A stretch of 17,857 bases of DNA from an uncultured Janthinobacterium sp. (GTDB lineage Bacteria; Vulcanimicrobiota; Vulcanimicrobiia; Vulcanimicrobiales; Vulcanimicrobiaceae): assembly GCA_964658025.1 (NCBI GenBank), contig CAZZXB010000058.1, forward strand, positions 1-17,857, given 5' to 3'. The translations under genes were made by a program, and so were the position numbers. The notes beneath the pieces were generated by a model. It saw nothing but the letters and a program-made list of their open reading frames with translations, did not search any database and was not told the DNA's origin. This document shows, piece after piece, positions 1 to 10,511 of this stretch (the first letter of the stretch is position 1; the number at the start of each line of letters is the position of its first letter).

Positions 1-1
1 C

Positions 2-202
2 GCCCGCGCGCTCAACGCGGCGCGCGCCTGCGTCGAGGCGGTCGGCGGAAATCTCGTGCTCGTCGACGCGACCGACGAGATCCGCGCGCGGGTCGACGTC
101 TTCGGCACCCTGCCGCCCGGCTTCGCGCTCATGGCGGCGCTCAAAACGAAATTCGATCCGGCGCGCCGTCTCGGTCGCGGCCGGTTTCTCGGAAGGTTGT
201 AA
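2..202 (+). CDS. glcE: Glycolate oxidase FAD-binding subunit, C-terminal fragment (5' end outside window)
   Basis: My translation of frame 2 reads ...VDVFGTLPPGFALMAALKTKFDPARRLGRGRFLGRL*, with TAA at 200-202. This is the typical FAD-linked oxidase C-terminus (LKxxFDPxxxLxxGR), and it ends 4 nt before glcF. Confidence 0.75.
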   Translation, partial: ARALNAARACVEAVGGNLVLVDATDEIRARVDVFGTLPPGFALMAALKTKFDPARRLGRGRFLGRL

Positions 203-206
203 CGAC

Positions 207-1493
207 GTGAGCGACGCCCGAACGGTCGAGGATCTCCTCAGCGATTGCGTCCATTGCGGATTCTGTCTGCCCGCATGCCCGACGTATCGGTCGTGGAGCC
301 TCGAGACGGATTCGCCACGCGGACGGATCGATCTCATGAAAGGGATCGCCGAAGGCGCGATCGAGCTCGGGCCCGCGGTCGTCGGCCATTTCGATTCGTG
401 CCTGGGCTGTATGGGATGCGTGACGGCTTGTCCGTCGGGCGTGCGTTACGATCTGCTCGTCGAATCGACGCGCGCGAAGATCGAGGAGACGTACGTCCGT
501 CCGCCGTTCGAGCGCTTCTTACGCGCGATGATCTTCTCGCTCTTTCCGTACGCGAAGCGCCTGCGTCTCGTCGCGTACGTGCTCTATCTCTACGAACGGC
601 TCGGCATCCGCGCGCTCGTCCGCGCGAGCGGCGTGCTCCGACTCCTTCCCGCCCAACTCGCATCGTTCGAACGTCTCGCGCCGCCGCTGAAAGCGGCCGA
701 CCTACGCGCGACGTTACCGCCGTTCACGCCGGCGGTCGGTCCGCGGCGCGGTACGGTCGCGATCGTTGCGGGATGCGTCCAGCGCACGTTCTTTCCCGGC
801 GTCAACGCCGCGACGATCCGCGTCCTCGCGGCCGAAGGATACGACGTCGTCGTTCCGGGCGATCAGGGATGTTGCGGCGCGCTCTCGTTGCACGTCGGTC
901 GCGCGGACGAAGCGCGCGCGTTCGCGAGCGCGCTCGTCGCGCGCTTCGGCGATCTCTCCGGCATCGACGCCGTCATCATCAACGCCGCCGGCTGCGGTTC
1001 CACGCTCAAGCAATACGCCGACCTGCTGACGGGGAGCGCGGCCGCCGGGTTTGCGGGGAAGGTTCTCGACGTCAGCGAGTTCTTGGCGAGCGTCGGAACG
1101 CGCGCCCCCAAACGTGCGCTGCCGCTGCGCGTCGCGTACCACGACGCGTGCCACCTCGCGCACGCGCAGCGCATCCGCTCGGCGCCGCGAGCGCTGCTCG
1201 CCGAGATCCCGGGACTCGAGCTCGTCGAGATCCCGAACGGCGATCAATGTTGCGGGAGCGCCGGCGTGTACAACATCCTCGAGCCCGAGAGCGCGCGCGA
1301 GATCGGCGAACGGAAGGTCGACAACGTCCTCTCCGTCGCGGCCGACGTGCTCGCGAGCGCGAATCCCGGCTGTACGTTGCAGATCCAATCGTACGCCGCC
1401 GAGCGCGGACGCGCGCTCCTCGCCGCGCATCCGATCGAGATCCTCGACGCGGCCCTGGCGCCGCATCCGATCGCGGAGGGCGCTCCGGCGTGA
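207..1493 (+). CDS. glcF: Glycolate oxidase iron-sulfur subunit
   Basis: Two 4Fe-4S motifs (CVHCGFCLPACP and CLGCMGCVTACP), SPRGR, and two CCG domains (QGCCGAL, NAAGCG, YHDACHL, CCGSAG, ANPGC). GTG start. Confidence 0.9.
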   Translation: MSDARTVEDLLSDCVHCGFCLPACPTYRSWSLETDSPRGRIDLMKGIAEGAIELGPAVVGHFDSCLGCMGCVTACPSGVRYDLLVESTRAKIEETYVRPPFERFLRAMIFSLFPYAKRLRLVAYVLYLYERLGIRALVRASGVLRLLPAQLASFERLAPPLKAADLRATLPPFTPAVGPRRGTVAIVAGCVQRTFFPGVNAATIRVLAAEGYDVVVPGDQGCCGALSLHVGRADEARAFASALVARFGDLSGIDAVIINAAGCGSTLKQYADLLTGSAAAGFAGKVLDVSEFLASVGTRAPKRALPLRVAYHDACHLAHAQRIRSAPRALLAEIPGLELVEIPNGDQCCGSAGVYNILEPESAREIGERKVDNVLSVAADVLASANPGCTLQIQSYAAERGRALLAAHPIEILDAALAPHPIAEGAPA

Positions 1494-1521
1494 CGTCGCG
1501 TCCGCGCGCACCGGACGCACC

Positions 1522-3558
1522 ATGATCGCGAACGGTCGCTCGACGATCGCGGGCGTCGTGGAGGCGCTCTCGGCCGTCGCGTGGAGCGCGGACGCGGGCC
1601 TCGAGCTCGTCTGGACGTCGGGACTCGCGGCGAGCGAAACCTCGGTCGAGTTCGTCGGTCGATCGCTCGCGGCGATGCTCGCGACGTTCGAAGAGAGCGA
1701 TGCGTTACTCGAGGCGCATCGGCGCGCGCTCCTCGGCGAGTACGTGCCGTTCGGAACCGCGCTCCGCGGCGAATCGTACTACGGATTCGTACAGCCGTGC
1801 CGCGACGAACCGGGCGCGGTCGTCGGCGTCCTCGCGATCGCGTTCGCGAGCGGCCGCACGGCGCGCGTGCGCAACGCGCACGACCTCTTCTCGGTCGCGC
1901 AGGCCGCGGCGCATTTCGGCTTCTGGACGTACGATCTGGAGATGCGGGAGACGACGTGGTCCGACGGCATCTTCGCGATCTGCGGCGTCGCGCCGGGTTC
2001 GCTCGCGCCCTCGCCCGACGTCATGCGGCGCTTCGTCCATCCCGAAGATCTCCTCGCGCTCGAGGCGGCGATCGACGTCGCGCGCGAGTGCCGCCGACCG
2101 TTTTTCATGGACACGCGGATCGTGCTCGACGACGGTTCGGAGCGCTGGGTGCAGCATCGCGGCCGGTTCGTCTACGACGGCGAGCGCGCGCTGCGCGGCA
2201 TCGGGACGATCGTCGACATCACGATGCGCAAGCGGGCCGAAGAAGAACTCTACCGGCAGGCGTTCTTCGACGAGGTCACGCGCCTGCCCAACCGCAAGCG
2301 GCTCTCCGAGTTATTGAACGCGGCGATCCTCGCGGCGGAGGACGGCGGCCATCGCGTCGCCGTGATGTCGGTCGATCTCGATCGCTTTCACGCGATCAAC
2401 TCGACGCTCGGATACGACGTCGGCGATCGCTTCCTACGGATGGTCGCGGAGCGGCTCACCGAGACCGTCCGCGCGACGGACGTGGTCGCGCGCGTCGGCG
2501 GCGACGAGTTCGTGATCGTCATGACCGACGTCACCTCGGTCGGCGAAGCGGGGAGCATCGCGGAGCGCGTCGTCGCCGCGTTCTCGCACGCGATCGCGGT
2601 CGATTCGCGCGATCTCTACTCCACGGCGTCGGTCGGGATCAGCCTCTTCCCCGAAGACGGGACGTCGCCCGAAGAACTGATCCGGATCGCCGACGCCGCG
2701 CTCGCGCGCGCGAAGACGTTCGGTCCCGGAACCTATCGCTTCTACGCGCCGGCGGTTCACGAACGCGCGATCGACCGCCTCGAACTCGAGAACGCGCTGC
2801 GCCGCGCGTACGAGCGGTCGGAGTTCGTGTTGCACTATCAGGCGATCTTCGATCGCGAACGGATCCCGGTCGCCGCCGAGGCGCTCCTGCGTTGGGATCA
2901 TCCCGAACTCGGACTCCTCTTGCCCGATCGCTTCATCCCGCTCTGCGAGGAGATCGGGCTGATCGTTCCGCTCGGACGTTGGGTGATCGGAAACGCCGTC
3001 GCGCAGCTCGCGCGCTGGCGGGAACGGGGCGTCACGCCACTTCGTTTGGCGCTGAACCTATCGGGTCGCCAGTTCCTCGACCCGCACCTCTGTAGCACGC
3101 TCCAGAGCGTGCTCGCCGAAAACGACGTGCCGCCGGGCGAGGTCGAACTCGAGATCACCGAGAGCGTCGTGATGTCCGACGTACCGAGCGCGAGCCGCTT
3201 CATCGCGAATCTCAAGGCGATCGGCGTGCGGATCTCGCTCGACGATTTCGGCACGGGATACAACTCGCTCTCGAATCTCAAATACTTCGGCGTCGACGCG
3301 CTCAAGATCGATCGGACGTTCGTCGTCGATCTGCCGCGCGATCGGGGCGACGCGGCGATCGTATCGGCCGTCGTCGCGCTCGGGCACGCCATGGGTCTCT
3401 CGGTGCTCGCCGAAGGCGTCGAGACGCCGGGGCAGGCCGAGATGGTGCGGCGTTTGGGATGCGACGAGATGCAAGGCTTCCATTTCGCGGTCCCGATGGA
3501 CGCCGACGACTTCGAGACGCTCTTTCGCAAGAGCCGTCCGCCGGATCCGATCGGGTGA
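1522..3558 (+). CDS. PAS-GGDEF-EAL diguanylate cyclase/phosphodiesterase
   Basis: PAS domain (FGFWTYD...VHPED...DITMRKRAEE), GGDEF with an RATD I-site five residues upstream, and EAL motifs AEALLRW, ELEITES, DDFGTGY, LKIDR, AEGVET and MQG. ATG 1522 is the first plausible start after glcF. Confidence 0.92.
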   Translation: MIANGRSTIAGVVEALSAVAWSADAGLELVWTSGLAASETSVEFVGRSLAAMLATFEESDALLEAHRRALLGEYVPFGTALRGESYYGFVQPCRDEPGAVVGVLAIAFASGRTARVRNAHDLFSVAQAAAHFGFWTYDLEMRETTWSDGIFAICGVAPGSLAPSPDVMRRFVHPEDLLALEAAIDVARECRRPFFMDTRIVLDDGSERWVQHRGRFVYDGERALRGIGTIVDITMRKRAEEELYRQAFFDEVTRLPNRKRLSELLNAAILAAEDGGHRVAVMSVDLDRFHAINSTLGYDVGDRFLRMVAERLTETVRATDVVARVGGDEFVIVMTDVTSVGEAGSIAERVVAAFSHAIAVDSRDLYSTASVGISLFPEDGTSPEELIRIADAALARAKTFGPGTYRFYAPAVHERAIDRLELENALRRAYERSEFVLHYQAIFDRERIPVAAEALLRWDHPELGLLLPDRFIPLCEEIGLIVPLGRWVIGNAVAQLARWRERGVTPLRLALNLSGRQFLDPHLCSTLQSVLAENDVPPGEVELEITESVVMSDVPSASRFIANLKAIGVRISLDDFGTGYNSLSNLKYFGVDALKIDRTFVVDLPRDRGDAAIVSAVVALGHAMGLSVLAEGVETPGQAEMVRRLGCDEMQGFHFAVPMDADDFETLFRKSRPPDPIG

Positions 3559-4337
3559 ACGGAGCGCCGCCGTACGCGGAGCTCGCGCTCGCCTGGAAGG
3601 CGCTGCGTCGGACGACGGACGTCGCCTTACGGGAGGTCGCCTGCGTCGGCGCGGATCGCACGTTACTCGTCGCGGAACTCGTCGGGCCGCCCGGTTCGCC
3701 GACGGTCGCGATCGCGGCGGGCGTGCACGGCGACGAACCGGCCGCGCCGTGGGCGTTGCTCTCGCTCGTCCGCGACGGCCTGCTCGATCCCGCCTACGCG
3801 TACCGGATCTGGCCGTGCACGAACCCGAGCGGATACGCCCTCGGCACGCGCGAGAACGCGGAGGGCGCCGACATCAATCGCAGTTTCAGTCGCGGCGGCA
3901 AGACGCCCGAGGCGCGCGCGATCCTCACGAGTAACCGCGATCGCGCGTTCGTCCTCACGCTCGACCTGCACGAGGATTACGAGGCGGAGGGCTTCTACTG
4001 TTACGAGCCCGTCGTCGATGGTTCGGCACCGTACGGTCCGCACGTGATCCGCGCGATGGACGATGCGGGCTATCCCGTGCAAGAACTCCACGACGCCTAC
4101 GACCTGGGCTACGACGCCGAGGCGACGCACCTGCGCGCGCTCGAACGCGGCCGCGTCCTCCCCGACACCGCGGCCGAGATGGTACATCACGACGGCGCGT
4201 GGCCGTACAGCATCGCGCTCTTGCGTCGCGCGGCGCGGCGGTCGCTCACGTTCGAAACGCCGACGTCGCTGCCGTGGAACGACCGCATCGCGATGCATCG
4301 CGTCGCCGTTACGAGCGCGCTCGCGCACGTCGCGTAA
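3555..4337 (+). CDS. M14-family zinc carboxypeptidase/deacylase (AstE/AspA/MpaA-like)
   Basis: AGVHGDEP (HxxE), NPSG, DINR, LDLHE and a C-terminal TFETP glutamate. The GTG start overlaps the upstream TGA (GTGA at 3555-3558). Confidence 0.8.
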   Translation: MNGAPPYAELALAWKALRRTTDVALREVACVGADRTLLVAELVGPPGSPTVAIAAGVHGDEPAAPWALLSLVRDGLLDPAYAYRIWPCTNPSGYALGTRENAEGADINRSFSRGGKTPEARAILTSNRDRAFVLTLDLHEDYEAEGFYCYEPVVDGSAPYGPHVIRAMDDAGYPVQELHDAYDLGYDAEATHLRALERGRVLPDTAAEMVHHDGAWPYSIALLRRAARRSLTFETPTSLPWNDRIAMHRVAVTSALAHVA

Positions 4338-4416
4338 TATATATTCTCATCGCGTCGACGCGCGTGGCGAAAGCGTACATGAAGCGGCCGTCGCGACGGC
4401 GAAAATTCCCGGCGTT

Positions 4417-6099
<1,683 letters not shown>

Positions 6100-6107
6100 G
6101 TCGTGCG

Positions 6108-6170
6108 GCCGTCCCCGGCGCGTCGCTCGCGCGCGCGCCCGGACGGCTTCGCGAGCGCTCGCGTTTTCTT
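6108..6170 (+). terminator. Putative hairpin/terminator after ETF-QO
   Basis: GCCGTCC (6108-6114) pairs with GGACGGC (6141-6147), with an inner GGCGCG/CGCGCC stem. It is followed by the palindrome CGCGAGCGCTCGCG (6150-6163) and TTTTCTT. Confidence 0.4.
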
Positions 6171-6197
6171 AACCTCGGGATAACCTCGTCTTAAGGC
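6168..6197 (+). promoter_or_regulatory. Pho box-like operator (three direct repeats, 11-bp period)
   Basis: CTTAACCT-cgg-GATAACCT-cgt-CTTAAGGC, ending 47 nt upstream of a phosphate transporter start. It resembles the cyanobacterial SphR/PhoB box (PyTTAAPyPy(T/A) repeats with 3-nt spacers). Confidence 0.7.
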
Positions 6198-6244
6198 CCG
6201 AATCGTACCGTACACGGAGCCGTTCCGAAGCTTCGAAAGGTCCG

Positions 6245-7735
6245 ATGGAAAACGCGTTCGCCGATGTCTCGACAACGAGCATCGTTTTATTATTTCTCGC
6301 GCTCTTGCTCGCGTTCGGGTTCGAATTCGTGAACGGGTTTCACGACACGGCGAACGCGGTCGCGACCGTCATCTACACGAACTCGCTCAAGCCGACGTAC
6401 GCCGTCGTGTGGTCGGGGATGTGGAATCTCATCGGCGTGTTGACGTCGGCGGGGACGGTCGCGTTCGGAATCCTCGCGCTCCTGCCCGTCGAGCTCGTCA
6501 TCAACGTCGGCTCGGGCGCCGGGTTCGCGATGGTGTTCTCGCTCTTGCTCTCGGCGATCATCTGGAATCTCGGCACGTGGTATTTCGGGCTTCCGGCATC
6601 GAGCTCGCACACGCTCATCGGATCGATCGTCGGCGTCGGTCTCGCGAACTCGGTGATGAGCGCGGGACACACGTTCGGCGACGGCGTGAATTGGGGCAAG
6701 GTCCAAGACACGCTCGTCGCGTTACTCGTCTCGCCCGTCGTCGGATTCGTCTTTTCGGGTGCGTTGCTCTTGATCGTCAAGAAGCTCGTGAAGCGCCCGG
6801 AACTGTTCGCGGAGCCGGTCAAGGGACAACCGCCGTCGCCGTGGGTTCGGGCGTTGCTCGTGCTCACGTGCACGGGCGTGAGCTTCGCGCACGGCTCGAA
6901 CGACGGGCAGAAGGGGATGGGACTCGTGCTCCTCATCCTCATCGGCGTGCTCCCCGCGACCTTCGCGCTCGATACGAGCTTGAGCGGGAAGGCCGTCGCC
7001 GCGGTCGCCGCGCAAAACGCGAGCGCGCAACCGATCCTCACCTCGCTCGCGCACGGCGCGTCGCAACCCTCGACGGGGGAAGCGCAGACGGCGCTCAACG
7101 CGTTCCTCAAGACGACGGGCAAACTCTCGGATACGACCTACGCGGATCTCGCCGTGGAGAACGGCGAGATCGGACGCCAGCTCGCGGGGAAGAAGACGCT
7201 CGCCGACGTGCCGCGCACCGAACGCACGAACCTGCGCAGTTCGATCTACCTCGTGTCGTCGTCGCTCGCGAAGCTCGCGAAGAAACACGCGATCGCCGAC
7301 GCGGGCGCCGCGAAAACGCTCGGCGCGTACAAAAAGTCGCTCGACTCGACGACGAACTTCATCCCGCTCTGGGTGAAGATCGCGACGGCGCTCGCGCTCG
7401 GACTCGGCACGATGATCGGCTGGAAGCGGATCGTCGTGACGGTCGGCGAGCGGATCGGCAAGACGCATCTGACCTACGCGCAGGGCGCCTCGGCCGAACT
7501 CGTCGCCTACGGCACGATCCAACTCGCCGACATCTACGGCCTGCCCGTGAGCACGACGCACATCCTCTCCTCCGGCGTCGCGGGGACGATGGCCGCGAAC
7601 GGATCGGGCGTGCAGATGGCGACCGTGCGCAGCATCGTCCTCGCGTGGGTGCTCACGCTCCCCGTCACGGTGTTTCTCGGCTCGTTGCTCTTCGCGTTCG
7701 GCTTGCGCGTCGTCGGATCGTTCGCGGGCCACTGA
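6245..7735 (+). CDS. pitA: Inorganic phosphate transporter, PiT family
   Basis: PiT signatures NGFHDTANAVAT, GLPASSSH, SFAHGSNDGQKGMG, GWKRIVVTVGERIGK and GLPVSTTH. SD-like GAAAGG upstream. Confidence 0.93.
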   Translation: MENAFADVSTTSIVLLFLALLLAFGFEFVNGFHDTANAVATVIYTNSLKPTYAVVWSGMWNLIGVLTSAGTVAFGILALLPVELVINVGSGAGFAMVFSLLLSAIIWNLGTWYFGLPASSSHTLIGSIVGVGLANSVMSAGHTFGDGVNWGKVQDTLVALLVSPVVGFVFSGALLLIVKKLVKRPELFAEPVKGQPPSPWVRALLVLTCTGVSFAHGSNDGQKGMGLVLLILIGVLPATFALDTSLSGKAVAAVAAQNASAQPILTSLAHGASQPSTGEAQTALNAFLKTTGKLSDTTYADLAVENGEIGRQLAGKKTLADVPRTERTNLRSSIYLVSSSLAKLAKKHAIADAGAAKTLGAYKKSLDSTTNFIPLWVKIATALALGLGTMIGWKRIVVTVGERIGKTHLTYAQGASAELVAYGTIQLADIYGLPVSTTHILSSGVAGTMAANGSGVQMATVRSIVLAWVLTLPVTVFLGSLLFAFGLRVVGSFAGH

Positions 7736-7758
7736 CGGTCGGCGGCCGATCGCCCGCG

Positions 7759-7783
7759 CGCGGGCGGCGACGCGCCGCCCGCG
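7759..7783. terminator. GC-rich hairpin between convergent pitA and hxlR
   Basis: Perfect 11-bp stem CGCGGGCGGCG-ACG-CGCCGCCCGCG with no U-tract. Confidence 0.45.
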
Positions 7784-7820
7784 GACCGGACGACGCGGCC
7801 CCGAAAGCCGGCGCTCGCGG

Positions 7821-8243
7821 TCAGCGAGTCTCGGCGAGCGCCGTCGTCTCCCGAGCGGTCGCGCGCTCGTCGTCGCCGGCTCGTTTCGCGTCGTAGGCGG
7901 AGCGCGCTTCGTCGACCGCCGCGAAATGATCCGTCGCCCACGCCTCGAGGGCGTGGAGCGGATCGCGGAGCGTCTTTCCGAGCGCGGTCAGCGCGTATTC
8001 GACGCGCGGCGGGATCACGGCGAAGACCGTGCGCGAGACGAGCCCGTCGCGTTCGAGATCGCGGAGCGTCTGCGTGAGCATCTTCTGCGAGATGCCGGAG
8101 ATCTGACGTTTGAGCGCGGTGAAGCGGACGGTATCGGTCGCGGCGAGCGCGCCGATCACGAGCGTCGTCCACTTGTCCGCGATCCGATCGAGGAGATCGC
8201 GCGTCGGGCACCCGTGCGCGTACGGGTCGAGGACGGTTTCCAT
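7821..8243 (-). CDS. HxlR (DUF24) family winged-helix transcriptional regulator
   Basis: [25 protein letters not shown]...[32 protein letters not shown]...PPRVEYALT. The true start is ATG at 8243, not the longer ORF-track start. Confidence 0.92.
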   Translation of the reverse strand: METVLDPYAHGCPTRDLLDRIADKWTTLVIGALAATDTVRFTALKRQISGISQKMLTQTLRDLERDGLVSRTVFAVIPPRVEYALTALGKTLRDPLHALEAWATDHFAAVDEARSAYDAKRAGDDERATARETTALAETR

Positions 8244-8384
8244 TTCGTGCCTATACAACTTGCCGGTGCCTTCTTGTCGTCCGTGACTGGGTATGGAATA
8301 GTGACCGATATCGACGGTAGCACGTTCGTCCGATCTCGGCAACGTGACCCGGCCTCTCACAGCCATTTCGGGAGTACCCACACA

Positions 8385-8927
8385 ATGACGACCTCTTCGG
8401 CGACGCGGACGTACGCGATCGACGCGGCCCACACGAATATCCGCTTCTCGGTCCGGCACATGATGGTGTCGCGCGTCCACGGAAGCTTCACGGGCGTTTC
8501 GGGGACGATCGACATGCAGGACGGCGCGACCGCGCCGAGCGCGGTCGACGTGACGATCGACGCGACGACGATCGCGACGGGCGACGCCCAGCGCGACGGC
8601 CATCTCAAATCGCCCGACTTCTTCGACGTCGAACGCTTTCCGACGCTCGCCTTCCGCAGCACGCGCGTCGACGGCTCGGGCGAGAGTTTCAAGATCGCGG
8701 GCGACCTCACGATCCACGGCGTCACGCAACCCGCCGTCCTCGACGCGACCTTCGAGGGGCGCGGACCCGACCTCTACGGTAACGAGCGCGTGGGCTTCGA
8801 GGCGAGCACGAAGATCGACCGCAAGGCGTTCGGGCTCGTGTGGAACCACGCGATCGAAACGGGCGGCGTCGCCGTGGGAGACGAGATCAAGATCGAGCTC
8901 AGCGTCGAGGTCATCGCACCGAAGTGA
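8385..8927 (+). CDS. YceI family polyisoprenoid-binding protein (no signal peptide)
   Basis: [26 protein letters not shown]...[12 protein letters not shown]...GDLTIHGVT...IDRKAFG. SD GGAG at 8371-8374. Confidence 0.92.
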   Translation: MTTSSATRTYAIDAAHTNIRFSVRHMMVSRVHGSFTGVSGTIDMQDGATAPSAVDVTIDATTIATGDAQRDGHLKSPDFFDVERFPTLAFRSTRVDGSGESFKIAGDLTIHGVTQPAVLDATFEGRGPDLYGNERVGFEASTKIDRKAFGLVWNHAIETGGVAVGDEIKIELSVEVIAPK

Positions 8928-9295
8928 AGGCGCGAACGATCGTGGGTTGGGTCGTCTCCCTCTTGCTCTTCGTCGCGTTTCTCGTGGCGTCGTTCGCGAA
9001 GCTCACGACGAGCGCGATGATGGTCCAGGAGTTCGCGAGCTTCGGCTATCCGCTCTGGTTCATGTACGTCACGGGCGCGATCGAACTCGTCTCCGCCGTC
9101 CTCGTCATCGTGCCGCGGACCTCGTCGATCGGAGCGGCGCTCCTGGTCTGCGTGATGCTCGGCGCGATCTTCTCGCATCTCACGCACGGCCAGGCGGCTC
9201 GGGTCGGCGCGCCGATCGTCCTCCTCGTCCTCGCCGCGATCGCGTTCGTCTTGCGGCGTCCGGGGACGACCGCGCTCGCGACCACGCGGATCTGA
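8924..9295 (+). CDS. DoxX family membrane protein
   Basis: Four hydrophobic segments with [16 protein letters not shown] and [11 protein letters not shown] start in a GTGA overlap with the yceI stop. Confidence 0.85.
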   Translation: MKARTIVGWVVSLLLFVAFLVASFAKLTTSAMMVQEFASFGYPLWFMYVTGAIELVSAVLVIVPRTSSIGAALLVCVMLGAIFSHLTHGQAARVGAPIVLLVLAAIAFVLRRPGTTALATTRI

Positions 9296-9325
9296 CGCCC
9301 GGCGCGTCTCGCGCGCGCGACGCGT

Positions 9326-9344
9326 CCGAGCCCGTTCGGCTCGG
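9326..9344. terminator. Hairpin downstream of doxX
   Basis: CCGAGCC-CGTTC-GGCTCGG, a 7-bp stem with no U-tract. Confidence 0.3.
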
Positions 9345-9386
9345 GTCCGCGCGGAGAACGCGGACGCCGGTTCGAACTCCGCGACG

Positions 9387-10511
9387 ATGATCGTGGTTCT
9401 CGGAGCCGGCTTGATCGGGCTCGGTATCGCGTTCGAGCTCGCCGCGCGCGGCGAGCGCGTGCGCGTCTTCGATGCGGGCGAGGTCGGTCGGGGGGCTTCG
9501 TGGGCGGGGGCGGGGATGCTCGCACCCTACGCGGAGGCGCTCGACGACGATCCGGCCTTCGAAGCGCTCTGCGTGGCCTCGCTCGCCGCCTATCCCGCGT
9601 TCGTCGAGGCGTTGCGCGCCTGTGGCGGCGTCGACGCGCGGTTGCGGCTGGATGGAATCGTGACGGCATCGTTCGATCCGAAGGCCGACGCGCGATCGCG
9701 CGCACGCGTCGCGCGCCTGCGCGAACGCGGCGTCGGCGCGCGCTCGCTCGACGCACGCGAGGCGCGCGCGCTCGAGCCCGCGCTCGGACCGAGCGTCGTC
9801 GGTGCCTCGCTTTCGGACGGTGAGGGATCGGTCGACAATCGCCGACTCGGGCGGGCGCTCCGCGCGGCGTGCGAGGCGCTCGGCGTCCGCATCGACGCGG
9901 GCGCGCGCGACCTCGCGCTCGAAGCCGACGCGCGTCGCGTGCTCGGCGTGCGCACCGCGACCGGATTTCTCGGAGCCGACGTCGTCGTCAACGCGCTCGG
10001 CGCGTGGGCGGGCGACCTCCCGGGCGTGCCGCCCGGCGCGCGCGTCCCCGTCGCTCCCGTCAAGGGGCAGATGCTCGCGCTCGCCGTCCCGCGCGGGTTC
10101 GTCCGCCGCGTGAGTTGGGTTCCGGGCGCCTATCTCGTGCCGCGCGACGACGGCCGTCTGCTCGTCGGCGCGTCGGTGGAACGGAACGGCTTCGACGTTC
10201 GCGTCACCGCGCGGGCGATGCGCGATCTGCTCGACGCCGCGCTCGCGGCGATGCCCGCGCTCGCCGATTTCGCGCTCGCCGAAACGTGGGCGGGCTTGCG
10301 CCCCGGGACGCCCGACGGCTCGCCGTATCTCGGCGCGACGTCCGTCGCCGGCTACTACGTCGCGGGCGGCCACTATCGCAACGGGATCCTCCTCACGCCG
10401 ATCACGGCGACGGCGATCGCGGACGTCGTGCTCGGCATCGCGCGCCCCGATCTCGCGCCGTTCTCGCCCGCGCGAGCGATGGGCGCGCTCGCGGCGAAGA
10501 GCGCGTCATGA
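9387..10511 (+). CDS. thiO: Glycine oxidase
   Basis: GAGLIG FAD motif, GASWAGAGML, PVKGQM, YLVPR, WAGLRP and GHYRNGILL. Lies upstream of thiS and thiG. Confidence 0.92.
   Translation: MIVVLGAGLIGLGIAFELAARGERVRVFDAGEVGRGASWAGAGMLAPYAEALDDDPAFEALCVASLAAYPAFVEALRACGGVDARLRLDGIVTASFDPKADARSRARVARLRERGVGARSLDAREARALEPALGPSVVGASLSDGEGSVDNRRLGRALRAACEALGVRIDAGARDLALEADARRVLGVRTATGFLGADVVVNALGAWAGDLPGVPPGARVPVAPVKGQMLALAVPRGFVRRVSWVPGAYLVPRDDGRLLVGASVERNGFDVRVTARAMRDLLDAALAAMPALADFALAETWAGLRPGTPDGSPYLGATSVAGYYVAGGHYRNGILLTPITATAIADVVLGIARPDLAPFSPARAMGALAAKSAS

Noticed and set aside
1051..1521. N-terminal extension of the 835-aa ORF
   Set aside because: It overlaps glcF out of frame and is an Arg/Ser-rich shadow translation. 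Domain-like sequence starts after ATG 1522.
4063..4416. ETF-QO N-terminal extension, and palindromes CGCGTCGACGCG (4351-4362) and GCCGTCGCGACGGC (4387-4400) as operators
   Set aside because: The extension overlaps the M14 gene. CG-rich palindromes are very common in this DNA, and I cannot assign a regulator.
7926..8849. Apparent mutual overlap of the hxlR and yceI ORFs
   Set aside because: The extensions have no homology. Real starts at 8243 (-) and 8385 (+) leave a normal divergent promoter region.
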